DNA of 64,000 nt from a virus. Position numbers and translations under genes: made by a program. Location of the stretch: IMG/VR virus record IMGVR_UViG_3300046534_001250, positions 1-64,000 of that record; one strand, 5' to 3'. The notes beneath the pieces were generated by a model. It was not told where the DNA came from. It made no database searches and was given only the letters and a program-made list of their open reading frames with translations. Shown in pieces: positions 45,801 to 55,463 of the stretch; within the stretch, counting starts at the first letter, position 1; each line of letters starts with the position of its first letter.

Positions 45801-46540
45801 TGAGTACAGCTGGAAAGCTGATCACAGGCCAAGACTTACGAGCTTTCGCACATTGCTCTAGATTCTATGATTTCGGAGGTTCGCTCACAGAGTACGAGCC
45901 TCCGCAACTTATTAACAAGACCGCTTTTGAATTAATGACGTCTGCTGCCATACGACATCCGATAAGCAATTACTTGGGAGCGGTAGTCAAAGCCATCCCG
46001 AGAGCAGTAAAGACTCTAGGGTTAAGAAAGAATCACCTAGGAGGCCAGGTGGATGCGTGGGAGAATGAAGCCCTAAGGTTCGTCCCTGCGATTTTTGAAA
46101 CCCTATCTCCGCTGAGATACTTCCCAATCTCTGGGCCAATGCCTTGGCGTGTGCAAATATCTAGAACACCAGTTGAGGTGACTGCAAATGCCATCTATAG
46201 AACCAGGGCCAACCAGACTTTACACGTAATACATTTCAGTCCCTACAAGACAACACAAGATCAGCTAAACGATCCTGTTGCGAACATCTTGCTTCATTCG
46301 ACAAAAGAGTTGGTCAAAGAAGACTACCAAAGGCCTCGCGTAATGGTCCACGTTTTTGGGAGATCGGGTCTGGGACAGATGACATACAACTCTATCGAAT
46401 CAAAAACTGCTGACGAAGGGTATACAAACCGACTGACATCTATGGTTAGGGCGATGGAAGTTGGGTATTCATATCCAGCAACTCCGTGCCCCAATTCTTT
46501 ATGTCCATTTCGCAAGCAGTGTTTACCGAGGATATACTAA
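45800..46540 (+). CDS. Degenerate PD-(D/E)XK/Cas4-like protein
   Basis: F.HC.R N-terminus; C-terminal PCPNSLCPFRKQC; acidic core not evident. Confidence 0.55.
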   Translation: MSTAGKLITGQDLRAFAHCSRFYDFGGSLTEYEPPQLINKTAFELMTSAAIRHPISNYLGAVVKAIPRAVKTLGLRKNHLGGQVDAWENEALRFVPAIFETLSPLRYFPISGPMPWRVQISRTPVEVTANAIYRTRANQTLHVIHFSPYKTTQDQLNDPVANILLHSTKELVKEDYQRPRVMVHVFGRSGLGQMTYNSIESKTADEGYTNRLTSMVRAMEVGYSYPATPCPNSLCPFRKQCLPRIY

Positions 46541-46851
46541 TGCACGATATAAAAATCATTAATGACGTCCAGCAGCCTATGCCAGAAATACTGGAGAACG
46601 GCCCATGGATTCATCATGCGACTTTAAAAGGCAGTCGAGGTCAAGAATACATTGTGTTCAGACAGGCTGCTACCAACAAGCTATACATTGAACGCGTAGA
46701 CAATAGCGTGACATGGACTCTAGTCAAGATTAAGGACGAATCAGAATGGGCAGAAGTTGCTCAATTTTGCGCAGACGCAGGCTTATTACAGATTGATAGC
46801 GATGTCAAGGCCTCTAAATCACTAGTGGAGCTAATGGATAATGGCAGTTAA
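46540..46851 (+). CDS. Hypothetical protein
   Basis: GAGGA RBS, TAATG. Confidence 0.6.
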   Translation: MHDIKIINDVQQPMPEILENGPWIHHATLKGSRGQEYIVFRQAATNKLYIERVDNSVTWTLVKIKDESEWAEVAQFCADAGLLQIDSDVKASKSLVELMDNGS

Positions 46852-47254
46852 AAGTAGATGGACGAATCAGTTCAAAACGTTAGATCACAATTCAAAGTTC
46901 CACAATGAAGCAAAACACGTTTTTGCAACAGACTCTTTTTTCAAAGGGCTCTCTTGTTATCAAGAAGTACCAGTCGTAGACTTGTGTCCAGGATACCACT
47001 CAAATGCACATCGTTTTGATTGGTATATAGAAGAGCTAAATGCCATTATCGAAATGCATGGGAGGCAGCATTACGTAGCAGTAAACTACGGTAACGCCTC
47101 TTACGAAGAGGCGCAAAAGGCTTTTAAAGAAATGCAAAACCGAGACAGCGCAAAGAAGCAAGCCGCTCTTGAAGCGGGCTTCACATATACAGAAATCCCA
47201 TACACATACTACAATAAGCTTGATGCTGAAACGCTCAAGAATCTTATTCTATAG
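46841..47254 (+). CDS. Vsr/DUF559-like endonuclease
   Basis: QEVPV; RFDWY...AIIEMHGRQHY; RDSAKK.A...G..YTEIPY. Confidence 0.8.
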   Translation: MAVKSRWTNQFKTLDHNSKFHNEAKHVFATDSFFKGLSCYQEVPVVDLCPGYHSNAHRFDWYIEELNAIIEMHGRQHYVAVNYGNASYEEAQKAFKEMQNRDSAKKQAALEAGFTYTEIPYTYYNKLDAETLKNLIL

Positions 47255-47263
47255 GAGTACAAC

Positions 47264-47929
47264 ATGACAGAAGATGAAACCGTAGTCGAAGAGCCAGTTG
47301 AAGAGGAAGGCGTTGAAGGCTTTGATCTCGCAACCTTAATAGGCGGAAGCTCACAAGAAGTATGGAGACCAGACACGGTTGCTTTCTTTGGCTCAGCCAA
47401 TAGGAGTATCTTGATGTCAGGAGAGGTAGACCAGTCAATGGCAGACGCCATGATCGGGCAACTCCTTCAGCTAGACGAAGAATCTAACGACCCAATCGTA
47501 GTCTATATCAATACTCCAGGTGGAGAATTAGATAACGCACTTGCTATCTACGATACGATGCAGACTGTCGCTAGTCCAATCTTTACGATTGCAGTCGGAT
47601 CATGCATGAGCGCAGGGCTATTGCTCCTTCAAGGTGGAGACGTAAGATCGTCTATGCCGAGAACAAGGCTCATGTATCATGAGCCAATGGCTGGTGCCAA
47701 CGCCTTCAATAGCGAAGGTGCTGATGCTTTCGCAGCAAACTACGCTTGGGCCAAGCAGCAAATGAAAGAGATCCTGACAGAAGGAACGAACATCACCGAG
47801 AAAGTGTGGAAAGACACTTTCGCAGGGAAGACTGCAATGTTCCTTTCGGCTCAAGAAGCTCTTGAGCTAGATCTATTAGATGTCATTATGACGTACGCCG
47901 ATAAGGCAGTATTGCCAGATGGCAAGTAG
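47264..47929 (+). CDS. clpP: ClpP-family (S14) peptidase
   Basis: QLLQLD..S.DPI.VYINTPGG; AIYDTMQ; GSCMSAG (Ser); MYHEP (His); FLSAQEA. Confidence 0.9.
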   Translation: MTEDETVVEEPVEEEGVEGFDLATLIGGSSQEVWRPDTVAFFGSANRSILMSGEVDQSMADAMIGQLLQLDEESNDPIVVYINTPGGELDNALAIYDTMQTVASPIFTIAVGSCMSAGLLLLQGGDVRSSMPRTRLMYHEPMAGANAFNSEGADAFAANYAWAKQQMKEILTEGTNITEKVWKDTFAGKTAMFLSAQEALELDLLDVIMTYADKAVLPDGK

Positions 47930-48269
47930 AGGCCGAGGCGCCCGACAAAAAGGATTCAACTTTGAGCGTGCTGTAGCCAAGCTTCTAACAGGCTTAACAG
48001 GTTTTGAATGGAAGCGTGGGCTAGGGCAAACTCGTGGCGGTGGAGCAGAGCACGCAGACGTTATTTCAGAACACATGGAAGATATTCATGTAGAATGTAA
48101 GCGTCACAAATCAGTATCAATTAAAAAAGCTATGGAACAAGCAGTCGGAGACCGTGATCCAGGAGATTTAGCAGTTGTAATCACTAAGGATGATCGTAAA
48201 GACATCTTAGTGACTATGCTCTGGGACGACTGGGCACTAATGTTCGACGTTTACACGGCCAACAGGTAG
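47919..48269 (+). CDS. Hjc-like Holliday junction resolvase
   Basis: RQKG..FER.VA; ADV; HVECK. Confidence 0.82.
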   Translation: MASRGRGARQKGFNFERAVAKLLTGLTGFEWKRGLGQTRGGGAEHADVISEHMEDIHVECKRHKSVSIKKAMEQAVGDRDPGDLAVVITKDDRKDILVTMLWDDWALMFDVYTANR

Positions 48270-48273
48270 TACA

Positions 48274-48954
48274 ATGTACAGGTTTTTAAACGTCGATACA
48301 CGACCAATGCCACTAAGTATTTCTTCTAGAAGTTTTGCGGCCAGATGGCGTAAAGACTGGCAAAATAAAGCCTGTACAGAAGGACTACTATCTATTATGG
48401 AACCGTTCTTTAAGCAGTGGGAACACATGCTTACTGATCCAGGCTCCGAAAAAGACATCAATTTTATATCTCTATGCCACTTGCTTGAATCACAAGGAGT
48501 GAATCCAACTGCCGCTATGGAAGAGTGGATTCACTACGCAGATAATACGACCTCTATCCGAGAGGAGCTGGTCATGTTGTTTCTTACTCAAATGAGCAAG
48601 ATGCGATATTATCCTACCAAAGCGTCTTCTCGCATGGTAGAATATGTGCTAGCTCGTGATTTCAAGCAAAGACTTTGTAAGGAAATCCTAAAAGCAAGCA
48701 GGCACCCTATTGACATGCCGGTCAAGGAAGTTATATTCACAAGTATTCCTACTCCTTCGTTGGAAAAGGATATTCTGCTTATCAAACATTTAGGTTTGAC
48801 AGACTGGCAATGGTATTTATTAGAGCTACTCCGCCAAGGCAAAAGCAGTTTAGAGATAGCTAAAATTACACACATCCCTAGAGAAACATTCTACTACGAG
48901 GAACGCGAAATATGGCAGAGACTAAGGCAGATTTGGCTGATAGCAGAACATTAA
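48274..48954 (+). CDS. Protein with C-terminal sigma-70 region 4/LuxR-like HTH
   Basis: LTDWQWYLLELLRQGKSSLEIAKITHIPRETF. Confidence 0.6.
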   Translation: MYRFLNVDTRPMPLSISSRSFAARWRKDWQNKACTEGLLSIMEPFFKQWEHMLTDPGSEKDINFISLCHLLESQGVNPTAAMEEWIHYADNTTSIREELVMLFLTQMSKMRYYPTKASSRMVEYVLARDFKQRLCKEILKASRHPIDMPVKEVIFTSIPTPSLEKDILLIKHLGLTDWQWYLLELLRQGKSSLEIAKITHIPRETFYYEEREIWQRLRQIWLIAEH

Positions 48955-49409
48955 GCAATCAGCAGGCCATTGTAAAGCAACTCATTCGAAAACGTAATGA
49001 GCCGGTTCGACATGTAATCCCAGGTGGCGCAAACCTACTTGAAAACATTGATGAACGCACACTTAAGCGGGCAGTCAAGACATGGCTAAACCGTGTACGA
49101 TGGTTTGACCACGTGACTATTAATCTAGTTACAGATCCAGATACGCGTACTTATTCAGAAAAGAAAGTGGAAGACTTTCCAGAGGATATTATCCTTGCTT
49201 GGGATCGAGCAGACCAGGGCAAAGACTGGCTAGCTGGAATCATGTCTAAACACTTGGCAGAAACCAAAGTGCTCTCAGTAATTGCACGCAAAGACGGACT
49301 ATACCTACGAGTACCAACAGGTGATAGCACTATCGACCCGAAGGATGAAGATTGGGAACCACATCTACTCTTCGGACGTCGGGGTAAGGACGAGTATGCA
49401 GTCTTCTAG
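48912..49409 (+). CDS. Hypothetical protein
   Basis: GAGGA RBS. Confidence 0.65.
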   Translation: MAETKADLADSRTLSNQQAIVKQLIRKRNEPVRHVIPGGANLLENIDERTLKRAVKTWLNRVRWFDHVTINLVTDPDTRTYSEKKVEDFPEDIILAWDRADQGKDWLAGIMSKHLAETKVLSVIARKDGLYLRVPTGDSTIDPKDEDWEPHLLFGRRGKDEYAVF

Positions 49410-49584
49410 AACACTGGCTGATGCTGAAGCTGAGCTTGAGACCCTTAAGGCTAAATACGCCTGGTTGGAACTCGTAGCCAAGGCGCTCAGAGTGGAGATG
49501 GGCCGTTTAAGGTCTGACTCAACTATGAGTATCAAAGCTGGAACTGTACTGATTACAGACTCTGTTGATACTATCAATATGTAG
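49396..49584 (+). CDS. Small hypothetical protein
   Basis: AAGGA RBS before MQSSR. Confidence 0.5.
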   Translation: MQSSRTLADAEAELETLKAKYAWLELVAKALRVEMGRLRSDSTMSIKAGTVLITDSVDTINM

Positions 49585-49599
49585 TCGCCCCAGATAATG

Positions 49600-49629
49600 A
49601 AAGCCGGTCCTTAGTGGCCGGCTTTTTTT
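49600..49629. terminator. Terminator at the +/- strand convergence point
   Basis: AAAGCCGGTC-CTTAGT-GGCCGGCTTTTTTT. Confidence 0.85.
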
Positions 49630-49631
49630 AT

Positions 49632-49850
49632 TTATCCAGTGGGATCTTCTTCGATAGTTTGTACGCGACGCTGGATAGCATCCACTTCAACATGCAGTGC
49701 CTGTACATCTGTTTGGGTTATGACGCTCAACTGCGTAAGTTGGTTAACCGTAACAAAACTATTGATAGCAACTAAGACGTCATTGAGAACGTTCTCAGTC
49801 TTACGTAAGCGAACTAAGATTGCTTGATATTGGTCATCAGATACTGCCAT
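49632..49850 (-). CDS. Small coiled-coil protein
   Basis: GGAG RBS before MAVSDD. Confidence 0.6.
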   Translation of the reverse strand: MAVSDDQYQAILVRLRKTENVLNDVLVAINSFVTVNQLTQLSVITQTDVQALHVEVDAIQRRVQTIEEDPTG

Positions 49851-50190
49851 TTTGTTCTCCAAGTAACACATTGATAGTGCTCTTCATAGACTCTACATTA
49901 ACTGCCTTGTCATCGAAATACAAGTCAGCTCCAGGCTTGCCGAAATAAATCTCATCATAAGGCACACCCCATGTATCGAGCTGTAAGCACGTCAGGAAGC
50001 CCCAGGCGGCAGTAGCCTGTCCAGGGTTACCCTTCGAGCTCCCCATCCCTCTAGCGGTATAGACGATGATTGTATGGCCATCCTCGCTCAACTTACGGAG
50101 TAGTTGAATCGCTTCTACGTCAGGCTTTGAATCTATGTAGTCGCCCTCCCCATGACAGAGCGTCTCATCTAAATCAAAACATAATCTCAT
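49837..50190 (-). CDS. HAD-superfamily phosphatase
   Basis: FDLDETL; YTARG; YDEIYFGKP.ADLYFDDKA. Confidence 0.88.
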   Translation of the reverse strand: MRLCFDLDETLCHGEGDYIDSKPDVEAIQLLRKLSEDGHTIIVYTARGMGSSKGNPGQATAAWGFLTCLQLDTWGVPYDEIYFGKPGADLYFDDKAVNVESMKSTINVLLGEQNGSI

Positions 50191-51044
50191 GCGTTCTCCC
50201 TTAAGGTCCTAATCATTTGCCCACAAACTTCTGTGGCTTGAATATCCTGCATACACTTGAAGACATACTCGCATTTAGTATACCAGCAACCCAGGCAAGA
50301 CACCGTACTGGCTACAATCCCCGTATGCGATGGGTAGTAATTGATGCGTGAATCCGGGGGAGTGCTTCCAAAAAGCACTACAGAAGGAGTCGCTAACGCT
50401 CCTGCCATATGCATTGGGCCACTATCTGGTCCGATGAAACAATCCGCTTCACCTATTAGCGCACCCATTTCCCGAATGTCAGTACCACTTACATCGATAC
50501 AGTTACTATAGGAACTCCAATCACGACCACCCTCCCAATCTAGTATGAGGTAAGTGATTGATAGTTTCTCTGTTCCTGTTATTAGTTCTACGTACCTTTC
50601 TATTGGCCAGCTTCTTTTTATGTCATCGCTGGCCACATGCAGTACGACCATTTTATTGCTTGTTCTTAACGACCTAGCTTGCTCTGCTTCCTTGGCGGTC
50701 ACTACGTAGAACGGTACCTTGTTCTTCGCTTCTACCCCAAGGGCTTTGGCAAACAAGTCTATTCGATTCACTAATGGTAATCCCTTGTGCTCTTGTCTTA
50801 TACATACTGATGATACATCTATTACTTTGTCATAAGAACTATGGTTGATGCGCCGAGAATCAATAAGTTCATCTACAAACGGACACCCAGCAAGCAGCTG
50901 GGAGTACGTGCTAGTACTCAGGTCGATAGCGAACGTAACATGTACACCAGTTTCCTTAAGTGCTCGAAGCCCCGGAGTAAGCATAAGCACATCGCCTACG
51001 CCTCCAGTCCTACGAAGTATACAAACTCTTTCTACAATAGACAT
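50187..51044 (-). CDS. GT9 (heptosyltransferase-like) glycosyltransferase
   Basis: GGVGDVLMLTP.LRALK; RSWP.E.Y; FIGPDSGPMHMAGAL.TPSVVLFG.T; CLGCW...C...CM.DI. Confidence 0.9.
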   Translation of the reverse strand: MSIVERVCILRRTGGVGDVLMLTPGLRALKETGVHVTFAIDLSTSTYSQLLAGCPFVDELIDSRRINHSSYDKVIDVSSVCIRQEHKGLPLVNRIDLFAKALGVEAKNKVPFYVVTAKEAEQARSLRTSNKMVVLHVASDDIKRSWPIERYVELITGTEKLSITYLILDWEGGRDWSSYSNCIDVSGTDIREMGALIGEADCFIGPDSGPMHMAGALATPSVVLFGSTPPDSRINYYPSHTGIVASTVSCLGCWYTKCEYVFKCMQDIQATEVCGQMIRTLRENA

Positions 51045-51051
51045 TCAAAGA

Positions 51052-53463
51052 CTAGAGTAAGTCCCAGGCAACAGAGACATGAGAGATCCGAGCAATAACC
51101 GGAGCTGCGGCTGCAGTCTTGATCCCATAGTAAACCTGGCCTAAATATTCACTAGCAGGATTAAGGACATTGGTAGCTCCGGTTACAACAATTACGTCAT
51201 TCATTGAAAGTGTTACTTGGCCACCGGCATTAACAGAGAACTTAACTGCAAGTGGAGTATCAGCAGCCGCAGGGACTCCGGTATCTGTAACAGTATCAAC
51301 ACCGACAGCAGAAGTAACTAGGTACCAATTCGCAGAAGTACTATCATAACGAATAATCATTTTTTCATCGTCTGATGTATCGTCGAAAATATCAATATCT
51401 TCACGAATGCCAAACTCTACACGCTGACTAGTCAAGGTATCAAGGCTTATGACAGTAGCCAATACAACCTTAGACGTTGTGCTGTACTTGGCTATAGAAG
51501 TAACCTTTCCGCCCTGCCAGCGATTTGTATGATCGCTGTATTCAGGAGAGATAACAGTACAATCATTAGCTGCGGTATTAGTTACCAATGCAATGTAGCT
51601 TTCTGAAAAACCACTGACAGTTGGGTTGTTGACTCCGCCTAAACCAAAGATGTGATTGGAGCTAAAAGTAGATACTGCTTCAGGGCGTAACTCAAACCCC
51701 TCACGAAACACAGCCCGGCTTCTAGTATTGGCAATATCGTAACGTAAGTCGCCAGCAATTGTATCTACAATCTCAGCATCAAGGGTAATAGCACCACGAG
51801 TACCGGTTGGGGAAGCACCCGTTGTGATAGTGATATCTCCCGAGTCATCATCTGTACTGTCTCCAGTCAGGATGTTGATCGCTCCCGAAGGAGGAGTAGA
51901 GCCATCAGAACCAACATCACCTGTGCGGATTGTAATGGGGGAAGTATAGTAGTTGCTGTCTGCTGTTTCGATTAAGATCTTCGACTCAGTAGTAGCCCCC
52001 GCCAACATGTGAATAATACCACCACCACCAGCTCCACCACTGGTACTGCTACCAGTGTGAAGATCCAGGTTTCCAGTATCGCCACTGACCGTGTCCGCAG
52101 TATGGATAAAGATCCCGCCACTATTCTGATCACTTGTACCGGTATACATATAAATAGCACCAGTAGTAGCTTCTGAGGTACCAGTTCTCAATGACAGGTC
52201 ACCAGACTGTGAAGTATCGGTACCGTTGCCAGTCAATATTGAAACAGTACCAGTAAAATCTCCAACAGCACTATCGCGAGCCTCGCTAGTAATAGTTACG
52301 CCTTCTGGATAAGTGTTGCCATCTTTACCATTAGAAGATTTAATCAACACCCCGCCGTCACTAAAGCCACTAGAAGGCTCTTGTGCTCCGGGTGTGATCG
52401 TAATGCGCCCAAAGCGATTTGTCGCAGAGGCTCCAGTAAAGAGACTCAAGTCACCACTCTTCTCATCAGAGTCACCAGAGTAAATGAAAACTTGCCCACT
52501 ATCACCGCTAGTTCCAGAGCCAGCATCAGCCAAGCCAGAATAGATCTTGACTTCACCTGTATCGCCAGCGGTACCACCGGCATCAGTCGTAGTGGTATTT
52601 CCGGAGCGTACTGTAACTGCTCCTGAGCCAGTGCCAATTTTGTTGTTGGTTACGGTTCTAATACCTGTTTCAATTACAATGGGAACCGTAGCAGCTGTTT
52701 CAGCTACATCAGTTACTGCAACAGTGGCAAAATCAACTGTTGATCCTGAGTATCTTGCATAGCCATTAAGAGCTGTACCAAAAGACAGCAAATCCCCATC
52801 AGAAACAACAGGGTTTGTGCCGTTGGATGTCTCCCCGATTAAGAGGCTTGCTCCCCAGCCAGCTAAACCAGCAAGGCTAAGAGTAGGGTAAGAGTCAGTG
52901 TAGCTCAAGCCAGTAGGCGAGTAGCCATTAAACAGATTGCCAACAGCATCAATAATTTGAGCTAAAGGATGCGACAAATCTGATAAGCCATCACCATCAA
53001 GGGTGTAGTTGTCGCCAAAAGCATCTACAACGACCTGATCCAAATCAAGATCGTTGGCTGTGATAAGACCACGAACAGCAGTGTCGTCATAAGCACTGGC
53101 TTCTGCCGCAGTAATAGCGTTTTCAATTCGCGCAATCTCTGCCAAAAGTACATCAACCGTTTCTTTGATTGTAAGTTTCCGACCAAGACCACTATCGTAA
53201 TAAACTTCGGCACCAGAGCTATTAGCTTCTACGTGCGTGTAGATTGCATTGCCAGACAAGCCAAGGGTCTGAGGATCAACCCCAGTTACTTCAGCTAGCT
53301 TAACCATTAATGGATAGTAGACAGTGTTCAACTGATTAATTAAGTTAGCAATGTCTGCCTTAGTGTTGGCAACATGTGCTGTACGTTGCGCAACAGTTTG
53401 AAGAGTGCCGCTACTCGCACCAGTTCTCTGTGTGAGGATTTCGAGGTCGGTAGACAATGGCAT
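51052..53463 (-). CDS. Putative tail fibre/spike with G-x-[IVL]-x-[IL]-x-[ST]-G repeats and C-terminal beta-sandwich
   Basis: About 18 Ser/Thr/Gly-rich repeats; N-terminal coiled coil. Confidence 0.7.
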   Translation of the reverse strand: MPLSTDLEILTQRTGASSGTLQTVAQRTAHVANTKADIANLINQLNTVYYPLMVKLAEVTGVDPQTLGLSGNAIYTHVEANSSGAEVYYDSGLGRKLTIKETVDVLLAEIARIENAITAAEASAYDDTAVRGLITANDLDLDQVVVDAFGDNYTLDGDGLSDLSHPLAQIIDAVGNLFNGYSPTGLSYTDSYPTLSLAGLAGWGASLLIGETSNGTNPVVSDGDLLSFGTALNGYARYSGSTVDFATVAVTDVAETAATVPIVIETGIRTVTNNKIGTGSGAVTVRSGNTTTTDAGGTAGDTGEVKIYSGLADAGSGTSGDSGQVFIYSGDSDEKSGDLSLFTGASATNRFGRITITPGAQEPSSGFSDGGVLIKSSNGKDGNTYPEGVTITSEARDSAVGDFTGTVSILTGNGTDTSQSGDLSLRTGTSEATTGAIYMYTGTSDQNSGGIFIHTADTVSGDTGNLDLHTGSSTSGGAGGGGIIHMLAGATTESKILIETADSNYYTSPITIRTGDVGSDGSTPPSGAINILTGDSTDDDSGDITITTGASPTGTRGAITLDAEIVDTIAGDLRYDIANTRSRAVFREGFELRPEAVSTFSSNHIFGLGGVNNPTVSGFSESYIALVTNTAANDCTVISPEYSDHTNRWQGGKVTSIAKYSTTSKVVLATVISLDTLTSQRVEFGIREDIDIFDDTSDDEKMIIRYDSTSANWYLVTSAVGVDTVTDTGVPAAADTPLAVKFSVNAGGQVTLSMNDVIVVTGATNVLNPASEYLGQVYYGIKTAAAAPVIARISHVSVAWDLL

Positions 53464-55463
53464 TAAATCACCCGTGCTTTGAAGGAGTTGATTACCGGAG
53501 TGACATTTGGATCACTGGTATTAAGTACTGCTCTAACGTAAAAGCTTGTTGCTGGTCCGTCTTGCAGGATCCATGTGGTATCGAATAATTCGTTTACCCA
53601 CGATGAATCAGTTTTGTTGACCTTCACTTTGAAGTGGAGATTCCCATCGGCGTTTTCTACCGTGAAACTATTATAGTACCTTTCGTCACTAAATTCTAGA
53701 TTGCTGAAGTCTTCAGGAGCTAGGTAATAAAGACGTTGGCCGTAGTACTTGTCTGTACCAAAGTAAGGCTTAAGCCCAGTATGATCTCCCCGATACTGAT
53801 ACCCTTCGATAATGTACCTGTGGTTGTAAGGATACAGCGGATCATTCTGTAAGAAATCTTCAGGACTACTCAACCCAGAAGGCAAAGCTAGCCAATTAGC
53901 CTTCGAAGTAGTGAACTGAAAAACACCCTTAGGCACGTGAACACTTCCACTAACGGGAGTACCTGACAAGAAAGCATTGGAGGAGCCAAGGTCTAATGTA
54001 ATGCCTTCTTCAGACTCTACCTCAAACGTAGTTCCCATTAAGCCAGACGCAGTTTCGTACCAGCCAGGAGGAAGACCAAGTACTGTCGCTTGAGAGGAAG
54101 GCATGTTGCGGTTGATAACAACTTCCGATAGCGGAGTCTTGGTTACGAAGTTTTCAGCAACGTAAACATTCAATACGCCCTCAGTGGCGTATTGTAAATT
54201 CTCTAGCCCGGTGACAGATTCAAGTACACTGCCAGCAGAAAGAGTTGAATCTATGTATTGAGCAGAGTCACCTGGAGCATTAGATGCAAAAGAAACAATA
54301 GGAGCATGTCCTGTTCTCTCTTCAACTGCTAACCAGGGCCCATCAACATTGACAGAAGCAAACCAGTTGACGTAAGTGCCAGGAGGTTTCACACAGCAAC
54401 TCCTCAGTGTTAACTTCGTGAAGGCAATATCTCCACCCTCTGCATTTGTAACGGAGTAAGGACCAGAGTAAAGCTCGGCGTCCTGGGCTAAACGATAGCT
54501 GTTATTAAACACTTGAATACTATCTAGAGAGAATACGTAAACATTCTGTCTCCCACTAGTAGTCTTTTGATCGGAAGCTGTTTTTGACAATCGGATCTGC
54601 AGTTTCTTAACACCGCTTACACCAATAGGAAAAGTATTTTGCCCCTTGATTAAGACTTGCTCGACAGGTTCTACCGGAGTAACAACAGAGCCACCAGTAC
54701 TGTAAAATACTGTGGCTGTTAGATCGCTATCCACAGCAATTGGTAAACCATTAAGGCGTAGCTCTGACACATCAGTATCTTCGGTAAACACTATGTCTAT
54801 CAGTAAACTAACCCTACCACGCTCTCTGTCCGTATAAACCAGATACTCCCAGGTACTACCATCAGTCTCTACTAGCGCATGAACAGGGGAAGTAGCACTC
54901 TGACCTAAAAGCGTACTGGCACTAAAAGCAGCAGCTCTTATAGTGGCATCTTCAAGATTTACTTCTGCCCAGTTCTGCTTAGGCAACGTAACAGCACCAG
55001 CCTCAACAGAAGCAGTACTCTTAACAAGATCAACACGGTTCTGAGCTCCGAACTCTTCTTCTATACCATGCAAGAAAACGTCAGCAGTAGAAGTGAGCAG
55101 CAAGAGGTTGTCTGCTCTGCTTCCTTGGATATCTAATAGGCGATTGAGTCGATAGGCATTCGTCATGAACCCACGAAAGCTATCGTCAAGAGAACCGAAC
55201 AAAGAGTCAAGCTCTCCATTAATAGCTCTCAGGTCGTCTACGAATGCCCTGCGATTAGCAGTCTCTTGAGATGCGCTAGCATGCTGTCCAAAGCCAGGCC
55301 TCTCTACGTCATAGCCACTAAAGCCAATCTTATCAAGGTTCGGTTTAGCGACACCAGCTTTAGTCAGCAGGATTCGAAGCTCCTGAGATGTCGGAGAACG
55401 ACTATTAGACTTTACAAAGTCTTCAATAACCCTTCTCTTAAGTGCTTTTTCAAAATGCTTCAT
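53463..55463 (-). CDS. Large virion structural protein (paralog family)
   Basis: Helical N-terminus, beta-rich body, C-terminal TPVINSFKARV. Confidence 0.65.
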   Translation of the reverse strand: MKHFEKALKRRVIEDFVKSNSRSPTSQELRILLTKAGVAKPNLDKIGFSGYDVERPGFGQHASASQETANRRAFVDDLRAINGELDSLFGSLDDSFRGFMTNAYRLNRLLDIQGSRADNLLLLTSTADVFLHGIEEEFGAQNRVDLVKSTASVEAGAVTLPKQNWAEVNLEDATIRAAAFSASTLLGQSATSPVHALVETDGSTWEYLVYTDRERGRVSLLIDIVFTEDTDVSELRLNGLPIAVDSDLTATVFYSTGGSVVTPVEPVEQVLIKGQNTFPIGVSGVKKLQIRLSKTASDQKTTSGRQNVYVFSLDSIQVFNNSYRLAQDAELYSGPYSVTNAEGGDIAFTKLTLRSCCVKPPGTYVNWFASVNVDGPWLAVEERTGHAPIVSFASNAPGDSAQYIDSTLSAGSVLESVTGLENLQYATEGVLNVYVAENFVTKTPLSEVVINRNMPSSQATVLGLPPGWYETASGLMGTTFEVESEEGITLDLGSSNAFLSGTPVSGSVHVPKGVFQFTTSKANWLALPSGLSSPEDFLQNDPLYPYNHRYIIEGYQYRGDHTGLKPYFGTDKYYGQRLYYLAPEDFSNLEFSDERYYNSFTVENADGNLHFKVKVNKTDSSWVNELFDTTWILQDGPATSFYVRAVLNTSDPNVTPVINSFKARVI

